DNA of 64,000 nucleotides, from positions 768,001 through 832,000 of the forward strand of contig CAVXKA010000001.1 in assembly GCA_963762255.1 (NCBI GenBank). Direction: 5' to 3'. This document shows, in pieces, positions 17,543-26,455 of the stretch. Numbering within the stretch: the first letter of the stretch is position 1; every line of letters starts with the position of its first letter. This DNA comes from Candidatus Eiseniibacteriota bacterium (lineage in GTDB: Bacteria; Eisenbacteria; RBG-16-71-46; JABDJR01). The notes under the pieces are model-generated. The model saw only the letters and a program-made list of their open reading frames with translations. It had not been told where the DNA came from and did not search any database. Both the position numbers and the translations under genes were made by a program.

Positions 17543-17694
17543 CTACAGCCGCGTGATCCGCACCTCGTCCTGGCCGTCGCGCACGTGCACGAGGTCGCCT
17601 CGGGGGGCGTGACGCAGTGCCTTGATGAGTCCCGTGGTGGAGAACCCCTCGCGGTCATGCGCGGCCAGGATCCGCGCCACCGACTTCACGGGCA
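17543..17694 (-). repeat. Diverged 152-bp copy of the 3' end of the 21638-22156 gene (displaced gene end, att-like direct repeat)
   Basis: Aligns without gaps to 21638-21789 with about 13 mismatches by manual count; encodes PVKSVARILAAHDREGFSTTGLIKALRHAPRGDLVHVRDGQDEVRITRL*. Confidence 0.92.
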
Positions 17695-17744
17695 TCTAGG
17701 TACATTAGCGATACCCGTTCAGGTTGCGGCTCTGCATGCGCCCC

Positions 17745-20700
17745 TCACTTTCCCGACTCAGGCGGGTTCGCCCCTCCCGCAAGCCTCACGCCTGCAGGTA
17801 CGGGCACTGGTATTGGGGGCGTGGAGTCGCCAGTGAGCAGCCTCCAGTTAGCGGCGGCACAGCGATGCAACCAATCGAGCATCCATGTGTTCAGTCGCTG
17901 GTGATTCGGGTTCGGTGAGTCGTTGGTCTCCCACCGCGCCAAGACTCGATCACCAATCTCACGACGGATAGTCATGCGCTTCCTGTGGTGCTCGACCAAG
18001 ACGCGGAGGCCGACAAAGAACAGTACCTGGTGGGCCGATAGGTGTCCGTCCCCGAGATCACCGGCAAGCTCACGCATGATGCCGTCGATCTGGGACTGTG
18101 CTGGCCAAAAACAAGAAGTCTGTGTCGCATCCAATCCGAGGAGAGCGCATGACCCGCACAGCTCCAAACGGCAGATCGCGCCTTCATCGTTATCGCAGCG
18201 AGAAAGGAAACGAATTAGCCCAGATGCCCTATGAACCAAAGCTTCAGAAGGGAAGTACTCGTGGACGAAGGCGGGCGTCCACGCCCACAGAGAGAATAGG
18301 GCAATTGCGATGTCGCGCGGCGGAAGCCTGATGTAGTTTCTCTCCAGCCACTCTCGGGAGGCAACCCTGTCCAGAAACTGACGGAGATCAGCCTCCGGCG
18401 TCGGTTCGATACTACGAAGAACAGTCGAGACGAGGCCCAATGAAAGCGACTGAGATCTCCATGCGGCGTCCGCGTCCTCCTGAATGAGTAAACATGACAG
18501 CTCCGATAGTATTTCCTGACAGTCACAGCTCCTGAGGAGCCCAGCGATGCGCGGAAACAACCTCGCGTCGCGCAGCACAGGCTCCAAGCGAGGGTGGTGG
18601 ACACCTTGAGCTCGAAATTCAACGGCGATTGTGTGGCGCACCAGATCTGCAAGTTCAGGAAACACGTCGACCGCGTACTGGAGGAATCCGTTGAGGCTAC
18701 CAGATTCAGTGTCCGACGCCGTTCGGACGACTTTGGCGCAGCTCCTATCGGCGGTCAATCCGTGACGGATTGCCTCAAATGTCTCGGGGAGCGCGATCGC
18801 TGCGTATTCTGCAAAATTTTGCAGATCACCGAGTCTCGAGTCTACCGCGGTCTGCACCAACTTCCCTTGGTTCGCCTCCACCAAGAACGCTGCGCGGATC
18901 GCCTCGAAGGCCGTCGGCATTTGCACTTCGGCGTACTCCAAGAAGTTGCGGAGAGCATGCAGGGGCGAGGCCACCGCCGTCTCTACCAATCGTCTCTGAT
19001 TGTCCGCCACAGAGAAGGCTACTCGAATCGCATCGAACGCCTCCGGCATCTTGACTTCCGCGTACTCCAAGAAGTTCCGGAGGGTATGCAGAGGCGAGGC
19101 CACCGTTGTCTCTACCAATCGCTTCTGATTGTCCGTCACGGAGAAGGCCGCTCGAATCGCACCGAACGCCTCCGGCATATTGGCTTCCACGTACTCCACG
19201 AAGTTCCGGAGAAAATGCAGCGGGGTCTCCAAGATGGCTTGGACGAGTCGTTCTTGGTTCTCCGCCAGTAAGAACGCAGCACTGATCGCATCGAACGCTT
19301 CCGGAATCTTGACTTCCACGTACTCCATGAAGTTCCGGAGAAAATGCAGCGGTGTTTCCAGGACAGCGCGGGCCAGCGCTTTCCGATTGGCCTCGGCGGA
19401 TAACGCGTCGGTGATTGAAGCATACGCTGCGGGTAGTCTAGCTTCAGCGTATTCCAAGAAATTGGGCAGGTATCCCAGGTGCGAATCCAACGCAGCCTGC
19501 CCGAGCTTTGGCAGGCGGGCCTCATCCGAGAGCGCGGTTATGATCACTTCATACGTTTTCGGCAAGTGGACTTCTGTGTATTCCAGGAGGTCCCGCATCT
19601 CTCCAAGTGGGATGTCGAACACCGCCTGAGCCAAGTTGGCGGACCCACTCAAACGCCGGTCCAACGCCGTTTGCGAGAGCACCGATAACTCCAGTAACTG
19701 TTGACACTCGTCGTGCAGATGAGACACCCCGAATGTGATGAGGCGACCGAATGCGTCCTCGGCGTTGAATGCCGCCAAGAGGATGCGCTTGGCCGCGTCA
19801 GCGTCACCCTGCACGCGGCGCACGCGACTGGCCATGAGACAGGCGAAGCGCGGATTGCGCCGGCCGACTTCACATTTGTGGTCAAGGGAGGACGTGGTCG
19901 GTGTGGCCGCCGCCCACAAGAGTCGTCCCATGCCAGGATGATGGAAGCAGTAGCGGTGGAATTGACCATCACGGCCGTGGGCGGAATGCCAGACAAGTCC
20001 ATGTTGCACGCTCATCTCGAACTGGTCGGGATAAGGCAGTGCCTCCGTGGGAACGTGCAACTCCAAGTCGGCGCACGCCGCCAGGGCAATCAGGTTCTCG
20101 CGCTCTCGAGCGTCAAGCGGATACCCAGGTCGGTCGAGGTACTCCTCGCGAATGTAGTCGGCAGCGTCTGCTTCTGCCAGTCCATACTCGCCGCGCAGGA
20201 TTCTGGAAAGCTTGCGACGCGCGGCGAGGCTAAACGCCACCAGATCCCCGCCAAAGACTCTGAGCCACGTGTCCAGCACAGAGTCAGGGAGCAGTGGTCG
20301 CGACGGTACGCCCCCCCCCCGCCGCGCGATCAGTCGCTGAAGCACTCCGACCAAGTCGGCTGACTCTACCTCGAGCGTCAAAGCTGTGCGGCGCAAATCT
20401 GCGAGTGGTGATTGTCGACCGCGCCGATCCGGTCCCTTCTCTGTCAATCGTCCTTGAAACAGGAGGCGGACGGGGCAGCCGTGGTCTCGCCACGCGAGGT
20501 AGATGCTTGCGGCAAGTCGCTCGGCGACGTGGATATTGTCTATGATTACGAGCGTCTCCCTCCCGCTCAATTGAGCGACTGCGGCCAGAGCAGCCTGGCA
20601 GGACACAGCCGTCTCCGGGTCATCGTCGGCCTCAGCGAGGTCGCAATAGAATGCTCGACTGGGACCGAGCTCCGAGTCGAAGGCGAGTAGGAACGCAAGG

Positions 20701-21374
20701 GTGGTCTTACCCGATGCCCCCTTACCAAGAACGCAGGCGAATCGGCCTGTCTTCAGCGCTGTCTCCACCGAACTTGCAAGCGAGGGTCGGTGAACCCGGT
20801 GTTCCCTGTATTCCCGCTGCGATGGGCTGAAGGCATTTGGGTCACTATCATCGCCGAAACGATGCGATGCGTCTAAGACACGGATGAACGGACTGATGGC
20901 CTGGGCCGCAGGCGAACGTCTCCTGAGAAGCCAATTGTGAAGATCAGTGGCAAGGCATGTCGCTAACTGATCGGGCGTGCTGAAATCGGTGACTGTGAGA
21001 TTGCTACGGAGCTCTTCCTTCAATGCAGCGAGCCGCTGCGCCTTGTTCGGATCGAACTCTCGTTGCTCGGGGGTGATAGCCGCATCCAGCTTGATGTAGA
21101 TATAGCAGGGCAGCCCCATCTTCCTCGCGCGCCGGTACTCCTGCTCAGTGATGCCGGAACTGTAACTGCCGCCGAAAATGCCTACGTAGAGCTGGCTGCA
21201 ATCGACCTCATCTAGAGATGTCTGGGATGTGTCACCTCCGCGGCTGCCAAAGTACTCCATACCGTGGAACTTGGTCTCATGAAATCGCTGCAGGACCTTC
21301 TCGACCGCTAGACGCTCCGCCTGGAGCTCCCGCCAGGTCGAGCTGACGAAGACACGAATGTCAACCTGAGCCAT
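17745..21374 (-). CDS. DUF4062 + STAND-type P-loop NTPase + 43-aa helical repeat protein (NLR-like, putative defence)
   Basis: IRVFVSST...ERLAV...GMEYF...SLDEV...YVGIFG..Y...ITEQEY (DUF4062); Walker A GKGASGKTT; Walker B LVIIDN; tandem repeats. Start placed at MAQVD; codon usage visibly less GC-skewed than the flanks. Confidence 0.85.
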   Translation of the reverse strand: MAQVDIRVFVSSTWRELQAERLAVEKVLQRFHETKFHGMEYFGSRGGDTSQTSLDEVDCSQLYVGIFGGSYSSGITEQEYRRARKMGLPCYIYIKLDAAITPEQREFDPNKAQRLAALKEELRSNLTVTDFSTPDQLATCLATDLHNWLLRRRSPAAQAISPFIRVLDASHRFGDDSDPNAFSPSQREYREHRVHRPSLASSVETALKTGRFACVLGKGASGKTTLAFLLAFDSELGPSRAFYCDLAEADDDPETAVSCQAALAAVAQLSGRETLVIIDNIHVAERLAASIYLAWRDHGCPVRLLFQGRLTEKGPDRRGRQSPLADLRRTALTLEVESADLVGVLQRLIARRGGGVPSRPLLPDSVLDTWLRVFGGDLVAFSLAARRKLSRILRGEYGLAEADAADYIREEYLDRPGYPLDARERENLIALAACADLELHVPTEALPYPDQFEMSVQHGLVWHSAHGRDGQFHRYCFHHPGMGRLLWAAATPTTSSLDHKCEVGRRNPRFACLMASRVRRVQGDADAAKRILLAAFNAEDAFGRLITFGVSHLHDECQQLLELSVLSQTALDRRLSGSANLAQAVFDIPLGEMRDLLEYTEVHLPKTYEVIITALSDEARLPKLGQAALDSHLGYLPNFLEYAEARLPAAYASITDALSAEANRKALARAVLETPLHFLRNFMEYVEVKIPEAFDAISAAFLLAENQERLVQAILETPLHFLRNFVEYVEANMPEAFGAIRAAFSVTDNQKRLVETTVASPLHTLRNFLEYAEVKMPEAFDAIRVAFSVADNQRRLVETAVASPLHALRNFLEYAEVQMPTAFEAIRAAFLVEANQGKLVQTAVDSRLGDLQNFAEYAAIALPETFEAIRHGLTADRSCAKVVRTASDTESGSLNGFLQYAVDVFPELADLVRHTIAVEFRAQGVHHPRLEPVLRDARLFPRIAGLLRSCDCQEILSELSCLLIQEDADAAWRSQSLSLGLVSTVLRSIEPTPEADLRQFLDRVASREWLERNYIRLPPRDIAIALFSLWAWTPAFVHEYFPSEALVHRASGLIRFLSRCDNDEGAICRLELCGSCALLGLDATQTSCFWPAQSQIDGIMRELAGDLGDGHLSAHQVLFFVGLRVLVEHHRKRMTIRREIGDRVLARWETNDSPNPNHQRLNTWMLDWLHRCAAANWRLLTGDSTPPIPVPVPAGVRLAGGANPPESGK
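18630..19610 (-). repeat. Eight intragenic 129-bp (43-aa) tandem repeats, the last one degenerate
   Basis: Unit PLHxLRNFxEYxEVxMPEAFxAIRAAFxxxxNQxRLVxTAVxS; unit starts at 19610 through 18707 are exactly 7 x 129 bp apart. Confidence 0.92.
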
Positions 21375-21637
21375 GCACTCCACCGATCTCCTCACCGCGC
21401 ACCGCATGGTGATAGTAATAACTGAAGATCGCTTCGCGCGCACGCCTGCCGCGACAGCGCATCCGCATGACGGTCAGAGCGTCAGCAAATTGTACCGTAT
21501 CACACATTTTTGCGCAGCCGCGTGATGAAGCGCCACCACGCGGAGCGCCAGCGAAGTGCCACCGCGGCAGGAGAATTCGGGACCGGCGGCAGCTCCCGGG
21601 GTGATCTCGCCCGTGAGCCGATCCGCGAGCCTCGGCG

Positions 21638-22156
21638 CTACAACCTCGTGATGCGCACCTCGTCCTGGCCGTCGCGCACGTGCACGAGGTCGCCTCGGGG
21701 GGCGTGACGCAGTGCCTTGATCACTTCCATGGTGGAGAACCCCTGGCCGTCATGGGCGGCCAGGATCCGCGCCACCGACTTGAGCGGCACGCGGCAGTGC
21801 ACCTGCTCCTCCCCCTCCTTCACGTCGACGGTGATGCACTTGCCCTCCTTGCGCACCAACACCGACTCGTCGCCCTCCACGACCTCGGCGATGACGAAGT
21901 CGGGGCAGCGCGAGAGTTCCTCGGCGAGGCGCACCCCGATCTCCTGATACTGGCCGAGATCCTCGCACTTCACGTAGCGTGCCTCGTCGGGCGCGAGCGA
22001 CAGCGCGGCCTGGGCCACGATCAGCGGGACCGGGATCACGATGTGCGTCCCGTCAGGCCCACCCTCGCGCACATCTACGAGCAGAACGCCGGTGGCGCCC
22101 AGGAAGAGCGCGGAGGCGAGGAACGGCGTGGCTATGATGGCTCCGACCTTCAGCAT
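21638..22156 (-). CDS. Membrane-anchored or exported hypothetical protein, distantly paralogous to the upstream gene
   Basis: N-terminal hydrophobic segment; internal duplication (IVIPVPL / VHCRVPL); V.VxDGxDxVxI motifs shared with the 22192-22749 protein. Confidence 0.75.
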   Translation of the reverse strand: MLKVGAIIATPFLASALFLGATGVLLVDVREGGPDGTHIVIPVPLIVAQAALSLAPDEARYVKCEDLGQYQEIGVRLAEELSRCPDFVIAEVVEGDESVLVRKEGKCITVDVKEGEEQVHCRVPLKSVARILAAHDGQGFSTMEVIKALRHAPRGDLVHVRDGQDEVRITRL

Positions 22157-22191
22157 GACATGCCCCCACTTCTACGGCCCCGAAGCCGCGA

Positions 22192-22749
22192 TCAGTCGAT
22201 CCAGATGCGGACTGTGTCGTCGCCGTCTTCGACGCGAACGATCTCGCCCTTTTTCATATCCTTCATCTTGCCGACGGCGGCTGCGACGTCCAGCTCGTTG
22301 CCCTCGCCGCTCAGGAGCGCGTCCACCACGGCGACCGGCAGCTCGATGCGCACCTTCTCGCCCTCGTCGCCGTCCACGTTCACGAACACGCTCTCGCCCC
22401 TGCGGGAGACGCTCACCGTCTCGTCGCCGTCCTTGACGGTCACGAACTCGGCGTCGCCCGCGCGGCGGACCTCGGCCCACATCTCGCGCATGTCCTCGAG
22501 GGTGAAGTCCTCGTCCTCGACGCGGAAGTGCGAGTGGCCGCCCGACTTCTCTTGGGCCATCTTGAGCGCGACGTCGGCCAGGGAGATGGGCAGGTTCACG
22601 TTCACGGTGGCCCCGTCACCGTCGTGCTCGCGCACTTCGATGTGGATCCAGGGACCGTTGGAGGCCTCGTCCTTCTGCCCCGCGAACGCGAGGGCGGGAA
22701 GGGCCAGGGCCAGGGTCAGGAATGCGATGCAGAGGATTCTCTTGTTCAT
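22192..22749 (-). CDS. Exported hypothetical protein with an internal duplication
   Basis: Signal peptide MNKRILCIAFLTLALALPALAFA; VNVNLPISLA / VRIELPVAVV repeats. Confidence 0.8.
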   Translation of the reverse strand: MNKRILCIAFLTLALALPALAFAGQKDEASNGPWIHIEVREHDGDGATVNVNLPISLADVALKMAQEKSGGHSHFRVEDEDFTLEDMREMWAEVRRAGDAEFVTVKDGDETVSVSRRGESVFVNVDGDEGEKVRIELPVAVVDALLSGEGNELDVAAAVGKMKDMKKGEIVRVEDGDDTVRIWID

Positions 22750-22929
22750 GGCCGGCTCCCGTTGAGGTAGACCCCCACCGGCCCGCGAGGGGTTGCAGGG
22801 CGCGGTGCGTTTTCTGAGGATGGCTCCCGGGTCTACGCAGAGGGACCGGCCCGGGTTGCAGGGGGTTCGAGGGGAGCCGGCCGACGGGGGGTTGCTGGGG
22901 GTTCGGCTGGGACCGGCCGGCCGGGGGGC

Positions 22930-23373
22930 CTATGCGCCCAGCAGGGTCCTCACCGCCGCCTGGACGTCCTTTCCGTCCACGCGGGAGCCGTGCTCGCCCA
23001 TGACTACCTTCATGACCTTGCCCATATCCTTTGCCGAGGTCGCGCCGGTCGTCTCGATGGCCTCCTTCACGATCTCCAGGAGCGCGGGGCCCGAGAGCAT
23101 CTGGGGCAGGTAGACGCTCAGCATCTCGGCTTCCTTGGCTTCGGTGTCTGCCAGGTCGGCCCGGTTGCCCGCTCGGTACGCCTCGACCGCCTCTTCGCGC
23201 TTCTTCACCGCTTTGCGCAGAACCTGGACCACGTCCTCGTCGGTCAGGTCGCGCATCTTCTCGATGCGGACGTTCTTGATCTCGGACAGCGTCATGCGCA
23301 ATACGCTCAGGCGCAGCGTGTCGCGGGCTTTCATGGCGGTCTTGACGTCTTCGTTGAGGCGGTCGATCAGCAT
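22930..23373 (-). CDS. yqeY: GatB/YqeY domain protein
   Basis: KTAMKARD..RLSVLR, KKREEA.E.Y...R.DLA, YLPQML and KDMGKVM. Confidence 0.95.
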   Translation of the reverse strand: MLIDRLNEDVKTAMKARDTLRLSVLRMTLSEIKNVRIEKMRDLTDEDVVQVLRKAVKKREEAVEAYRAGNRADLADTEAKEAEMLSVYLPQMLSGPALLEIVKEAIETTGATSAKDMGKVMKVVMGEHGSRVDGKDVQAAVRTLLGA

Positions 23374-23479
23374 GGCGACTCCGTTTCACTTGGGTCGGGG
23401 ACGGGGGCCGAGGCCGCTCAACGCTACCAGAGAGGCGTGGCCGGGGACAATCCGCACGAGCCGGTGCTAGTCTCGCGGC

Positions 23480-24019
23480 ATGACACGCGAGCGCAATTTC
23501 GGCGAGAAGCGATTGGTCGTGATGCCGGGCGACATCACCGAGCAGCGCGTGGACGCGATCGTCAACGCCGCCAACGAGTGGCTCGTCCACGGGGGCGGGG
23601 TCGCAGGCGCGATCTCCCGCGCTGCCGGGCCGCGGCTCCAGGAAGAGTCGAGCCCGAAGGCGCCCATTCGCGCCGGCGAGGCGGTGGCTACCTCTGGCTG
23701 GCGGCTGCCTGCGAAGCACGTGATCCACACCGTGGGGCCGCGAGGCGGGGACGAGGACGGCGACGTCGTGCTTTTGAGCGCGGTCGAGAGTTCGTTGCGC
23801 GTGGCGGAGGAGAACGGCGTGCGCTCGATCGCGTTCCCTGCGATCTCGGCAGGCATCTTCGGATACCCGCTCGAATCGGTGGCGCGGATTCTGGTGGGAG
23901 CGGCCGCGGCGTGGCTTCGCGATCCCGCGCACGCGATCGAGGAGATCCGATTCGTGCTCTTCGATGCGCGCACGTTGCGCGCCTTCGAGGCGGCGCTGGA
24001 CGCGGAAACCGCGGACTGA
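23480..24019 (+). CDS. Macrodomain ADP-ribose hydrolase (YmdB-like)
   Basis: GDIT, DAIVNAAN, GGGVAGAI, VIHTVGP and FPAISAGIFGYP. Confidence 0.95.
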   Translation: MTRERNFGEKRLVVMPGDITEQRVDAIVNAANEWLVHGGGVAGAISRAAGPRLQEESSPKAPIRAGEAVATSGWRLPAKHVIHTVGPRGGDEDGDVVLLSAVESSLRVAEENGVRSIAFPAISAGIFGYPLESVARILVGAAAAWLRDPAHAIEEIRFVLFDARTLRAFEAALDAETAD

Positions 24020-24061
24020 CACGAGCCCGGCTGACACGCGCCCGGCCCCGTGCGGGCTGAT

Positions 24062-24682
24062 CTATAGGAACGGCTCCGGGTCGCCTTTCCCCTCGCGCAG
24101 GACCCGCGGCGTTTCCTCGGTGAGGTCCACCACCGTGGTCGGATCGGCCGGGCAGAACCCGCCGTCGATGATGAGATCCACCTGGTTCTCGAGATGCGTG
24201 CGGATCTCGATGGCCTCGGAGAGCGGCTGCTCCTCGCCGGGCAGGATGAGCGTCGTGCTCATCATTGGCTCGTCGAGCTCCGCCAGGAGCGCCAGCGTGA
24301 TGCGGTGATCGGGCACGCGGAGCCCGATCGTCTTGCGCTTGGGGTGCAAGAGCCGGCGCGGCACTTCCTTGGTCGCGCGCAGGATGAACGTATAGGAGCC
24401 CGGCGTGTTCGAGCGCAGGATGCGATAGATACGGTCGTCGAAGTTCGCGTAGGTGGCCGATTCCGAGAGATCGCGGCAGATCAACGTGAAGTTGTGATCG
24501 GGGCCGAGCGAGCGGATGCGGCGGATGCGCTCGAGGCCCTCCTTGTTACCGATCGAGCAGCCAAGCGCGTAACCCGAATCGGTGGGATACGCGACGACGC
24601 CTCCATCGTGAACGATGTCCACCGCCTGCCGAATCAGGCGGTCCTGCGGGTTCTGGGGATGGATCTCGAGTTGAAGCGTCAT
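24062..24682 (-). CDS. yciO: Sua5/YciO/YrdC-family protein (YciO-like)
   Basis: EIHPQNPQ.RLIRQA, YPTDSGYALGC, HNFTLICRDLSE and KRKTIGLRVPD. Confidence 0.9.
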   Translation of the reverse strand: MTLQLEIHPQNPQDRLIRQAVDIVHDGGVVAYPTDSGYALGCSIGNKEGLERIRRIRSLGPDHNFTLICRDLSESATYANFDDRIYRILRSNTPGSYTFILRATKEVPRRLLHPKRKTIGLRVPDHRITLALLAELDEPMMSTTLILPGEEQPLSEAIEIRTHLENQVDLIIDGGFCPADPTTVVDLTEETPRVLREGKGDPEPFL

Positions 24683-24693
24683 CGCGTGTCCGC

Positions 24694-25392
24694 CTACCCC
24701 CCGATCCAGCGGGCGATGAAATACGCGGCGGCCGCGGCGACCCCGCCGATCAGCGTGGTCTGCACGGCGCTGCGCAGCACGCGCGTTCCGGTGAAGTGCC
24801 CTTTGATCCCGCCGAACACAGCGAGGGCCGCCAGGGTGAGCACGACCGAGATGGGGAGTGCCCGCTGCGGCGAGCCGAGCGCGATGTAGGGCGAGAGCGG
24901 GATCAAACCGCCCACGATGTAAGCGCCGCCGATCGTGAGCGCCGAGCGCAGCGCGCGACGCGGGTCGGGCTCTTCCAGCCCCAACTCGAAACGCATCATG
25001 AAGTCGACCCATCGGGTCGGATTCCGCCGAAGCGCGGCAACTACCGGCGCGCTCTCCTCGGGCGGGATGCTGTAGCCCTCGAAGATCTCCACGATCTCCG
25101 CGCTTTCCGTGTCGGGGACCTCATCGATCTCCCGCTCCTCGCGCGCCCGCTCGCTCGCGTAGTGCTCCATGTCCCCGCGCGCGGCGAGGAACCCGCCGAG
25201 ACCCATCGCGATCGCACCCGCAGCGATCTCGGCGGCGCCCGCGGTGACGATGATCCTGGCCGAGTCGATGGCCCCGGTGAGACCGGCGGCCAGGGCGAAC
25301 GGGACGGTGAGGCCGTCGGCCATGCCGATGACGATGTCGCGCACGGACTCGCCTGCGGTGAAGTGCTTTTCGAGGTGAGGCGTTGTCGGCAT
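24694..25392 (-). CDS. VIT1/CCC1 iron/manganese transporter
   Basis: RDIVIGMADGLTVPFALAAG, AEIAAGAIAMGLGG and DFMMRFELGLEEP. Confidence 0.93.
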   Translation of the reverse strand: MPTTPHLEKHFTAGESVRDIVIGMADGLTVPFALAAGLTGAIDSARIIVTAGAAEIAAGAIAMGLGGFLAARGDMEHYASERAREEREIDEVPDTESAEIVEIFEGYSIPPEESAPVVAALRRNPTRWVDFMMRFELGLEEPDPRRALRSALTIGGAYIVGGLIPLSPYIALGSPQRALPISVVLTLAALAVFGGIKGHFTGTRVLRSAVQTTLIGGVAAAAAYFIARWIGG

Positions 25393-25417
25393 CGACTTCC
25401 CTCTTCCGGCCCGCGGC

Positions 25418-26455
25418 CTAACGCGCCTGCCGAAACTCGGCGAGCAGGTCGCGCGGGCGTATCTCGGCGGCGGCGAGCAGCACCTCGGGGAGGATGGACG
25501 CGGTGGGATAGCAGAGATAGCGCGTCTCCCACTCCGGATGGAACTTACGCTTGAACGCATGGAGTCCGGCGAACCGGTACCGGCCGTGCGCGTGGCGGAA
25601 GACCCAGTCGAGGCCGCGCTCCATCCAACCCGCGTGCGGGCCCGTTCCAAGTCCGGAGAGAGGAGAGAGCCCCAGGTTGAGCCACGCGCGCCCTTCCCGG
25701 CGGTAGAGGTGCGCGATCCCGGTGAGGAGCGCGTCCATGCTGCCCGGCGGCATGCCCGCGCGGTGCCTCATGAGATCGACCGCCCCTTCATCCGAGCGGT
25801 ATCCCTCGAGGAGGCTGACGAACGCCATCGTTCTGCCGCGCCGGTCGTGCAACACCCCGAGGCGGTGGCGATCGAGATGACGCGGATCGAACCAACCCGA
25901 GCCGAACCGACGCTCCGGCACGCCGCGAGAGCGAAGCCACCGGTCGGAGATATCGCTGACTGCGGCGAGGCGATCGTCGCCGTGAGGCGGCGTCCAGACC
26001 TCGACGCGCACCCCGTCCCGCACCGCGCGCCGCACGCTCTTGCGCAGCGAGCGGAAACGGCTCTCGTCCAGATTCAACTCCTGCACCGACACGCGCGCCT
26101 CGAGGCCGATAGGCAGGATGCGGAAGCCCTCTTCCAGGAAAAGCCCGAGGCGCTCCCCCGAAACGGGCACCCACGCCGGGTGAAGCCCGCGCACGCGGCA
26201 GTGCTCGCTGAACGCGCGCACGGCGCCGCGCAGCGCGGAAGGCGGCCCCGCCGGTTCGTCGAGGGCCAGTGCGATCCGGCCCGAGCGCATGTAAGAAACC
26301 ACCGCGCCCGCCACGAGGTGATCGTAGTTGGGCAGGAGCGCCACCCTCGAGTACTGGGTGGTTCCCCATTCTTCCACCAGCGCGTGTACCCGTCCGGGTA
26401 TCTCGTGCGACGTGCGCGTGCGCGCCGGCTGCGCCTGCGGAATCCCGTGACTCAT
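25418..26455 (-). CDS. Stand-alone MprF-type aminoacyl-phosphatidylglycerol synthase catalytic domain (DUF2156)
   Basis: IGLEARV, ISDRWL, ERRFGSGWF, VDLMRH...PPGSMDAL, LGLSPL and GLHAFKRKFHPEWETRYL; no TM region. Confidence 0.85.
   Translation of the reverse strand: MSHGIPQAQPARTRTSHEIPGRVHALVEEWGTTQYSRVALLPNYDHLVAGAVVSYMRSGRIALALDEPAGPPSALRGAVRAFSEHCRVRGLHPAWVPVSGERLGLFLEEGFRILPIGLEARVSVQELNLDESRFRSLRKSVRRAVRDGVRVEVWTPPHGDDRLAAVSDISDRWLRSRGVPERRFGSGWFDPRHLDRHRLGVLHDRRGRTMAFVSLLEGYRSDEGAVDLMRHRAGMPPGSMDALLTGIAHLYRREGRAWLNLGLSPLSGLGTGPHAGWMERGLDWVFRHAHGRYRFAGLHAFKRKFHPEWETRYLCYPTASILPEVLLAAAEIRPRDLLAEFRQAR

Noticed and set aside
20311-20320. C-rich run inside the NLR-like gene as a phase-variation switch
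   Set aside because: The frame is open (it encodes RGGG in a linker) and nothing in this sequence shows length variation; read data would be needed.
12240-21640. Prophage, IS or ICE as the explanation for the variable region
   Set aside because: No integrase, transposase, relaxase or phage structural gene is recognisable.
17543-21789. The 152-bp repeat pair as a diversity-generating retroelement TR/VR
   Set aside because: Mismatches are mostly C/G swaps rather than adenine-specific, and there is no reverse transcriptase in the window.
24015-24046. Short direct repeat CTGACACG(A/C)GCCCGGC x2 between convergent genes
   Set aside because: Only two short copies in GC-rich DNA; probably a local duplication with no evident function.
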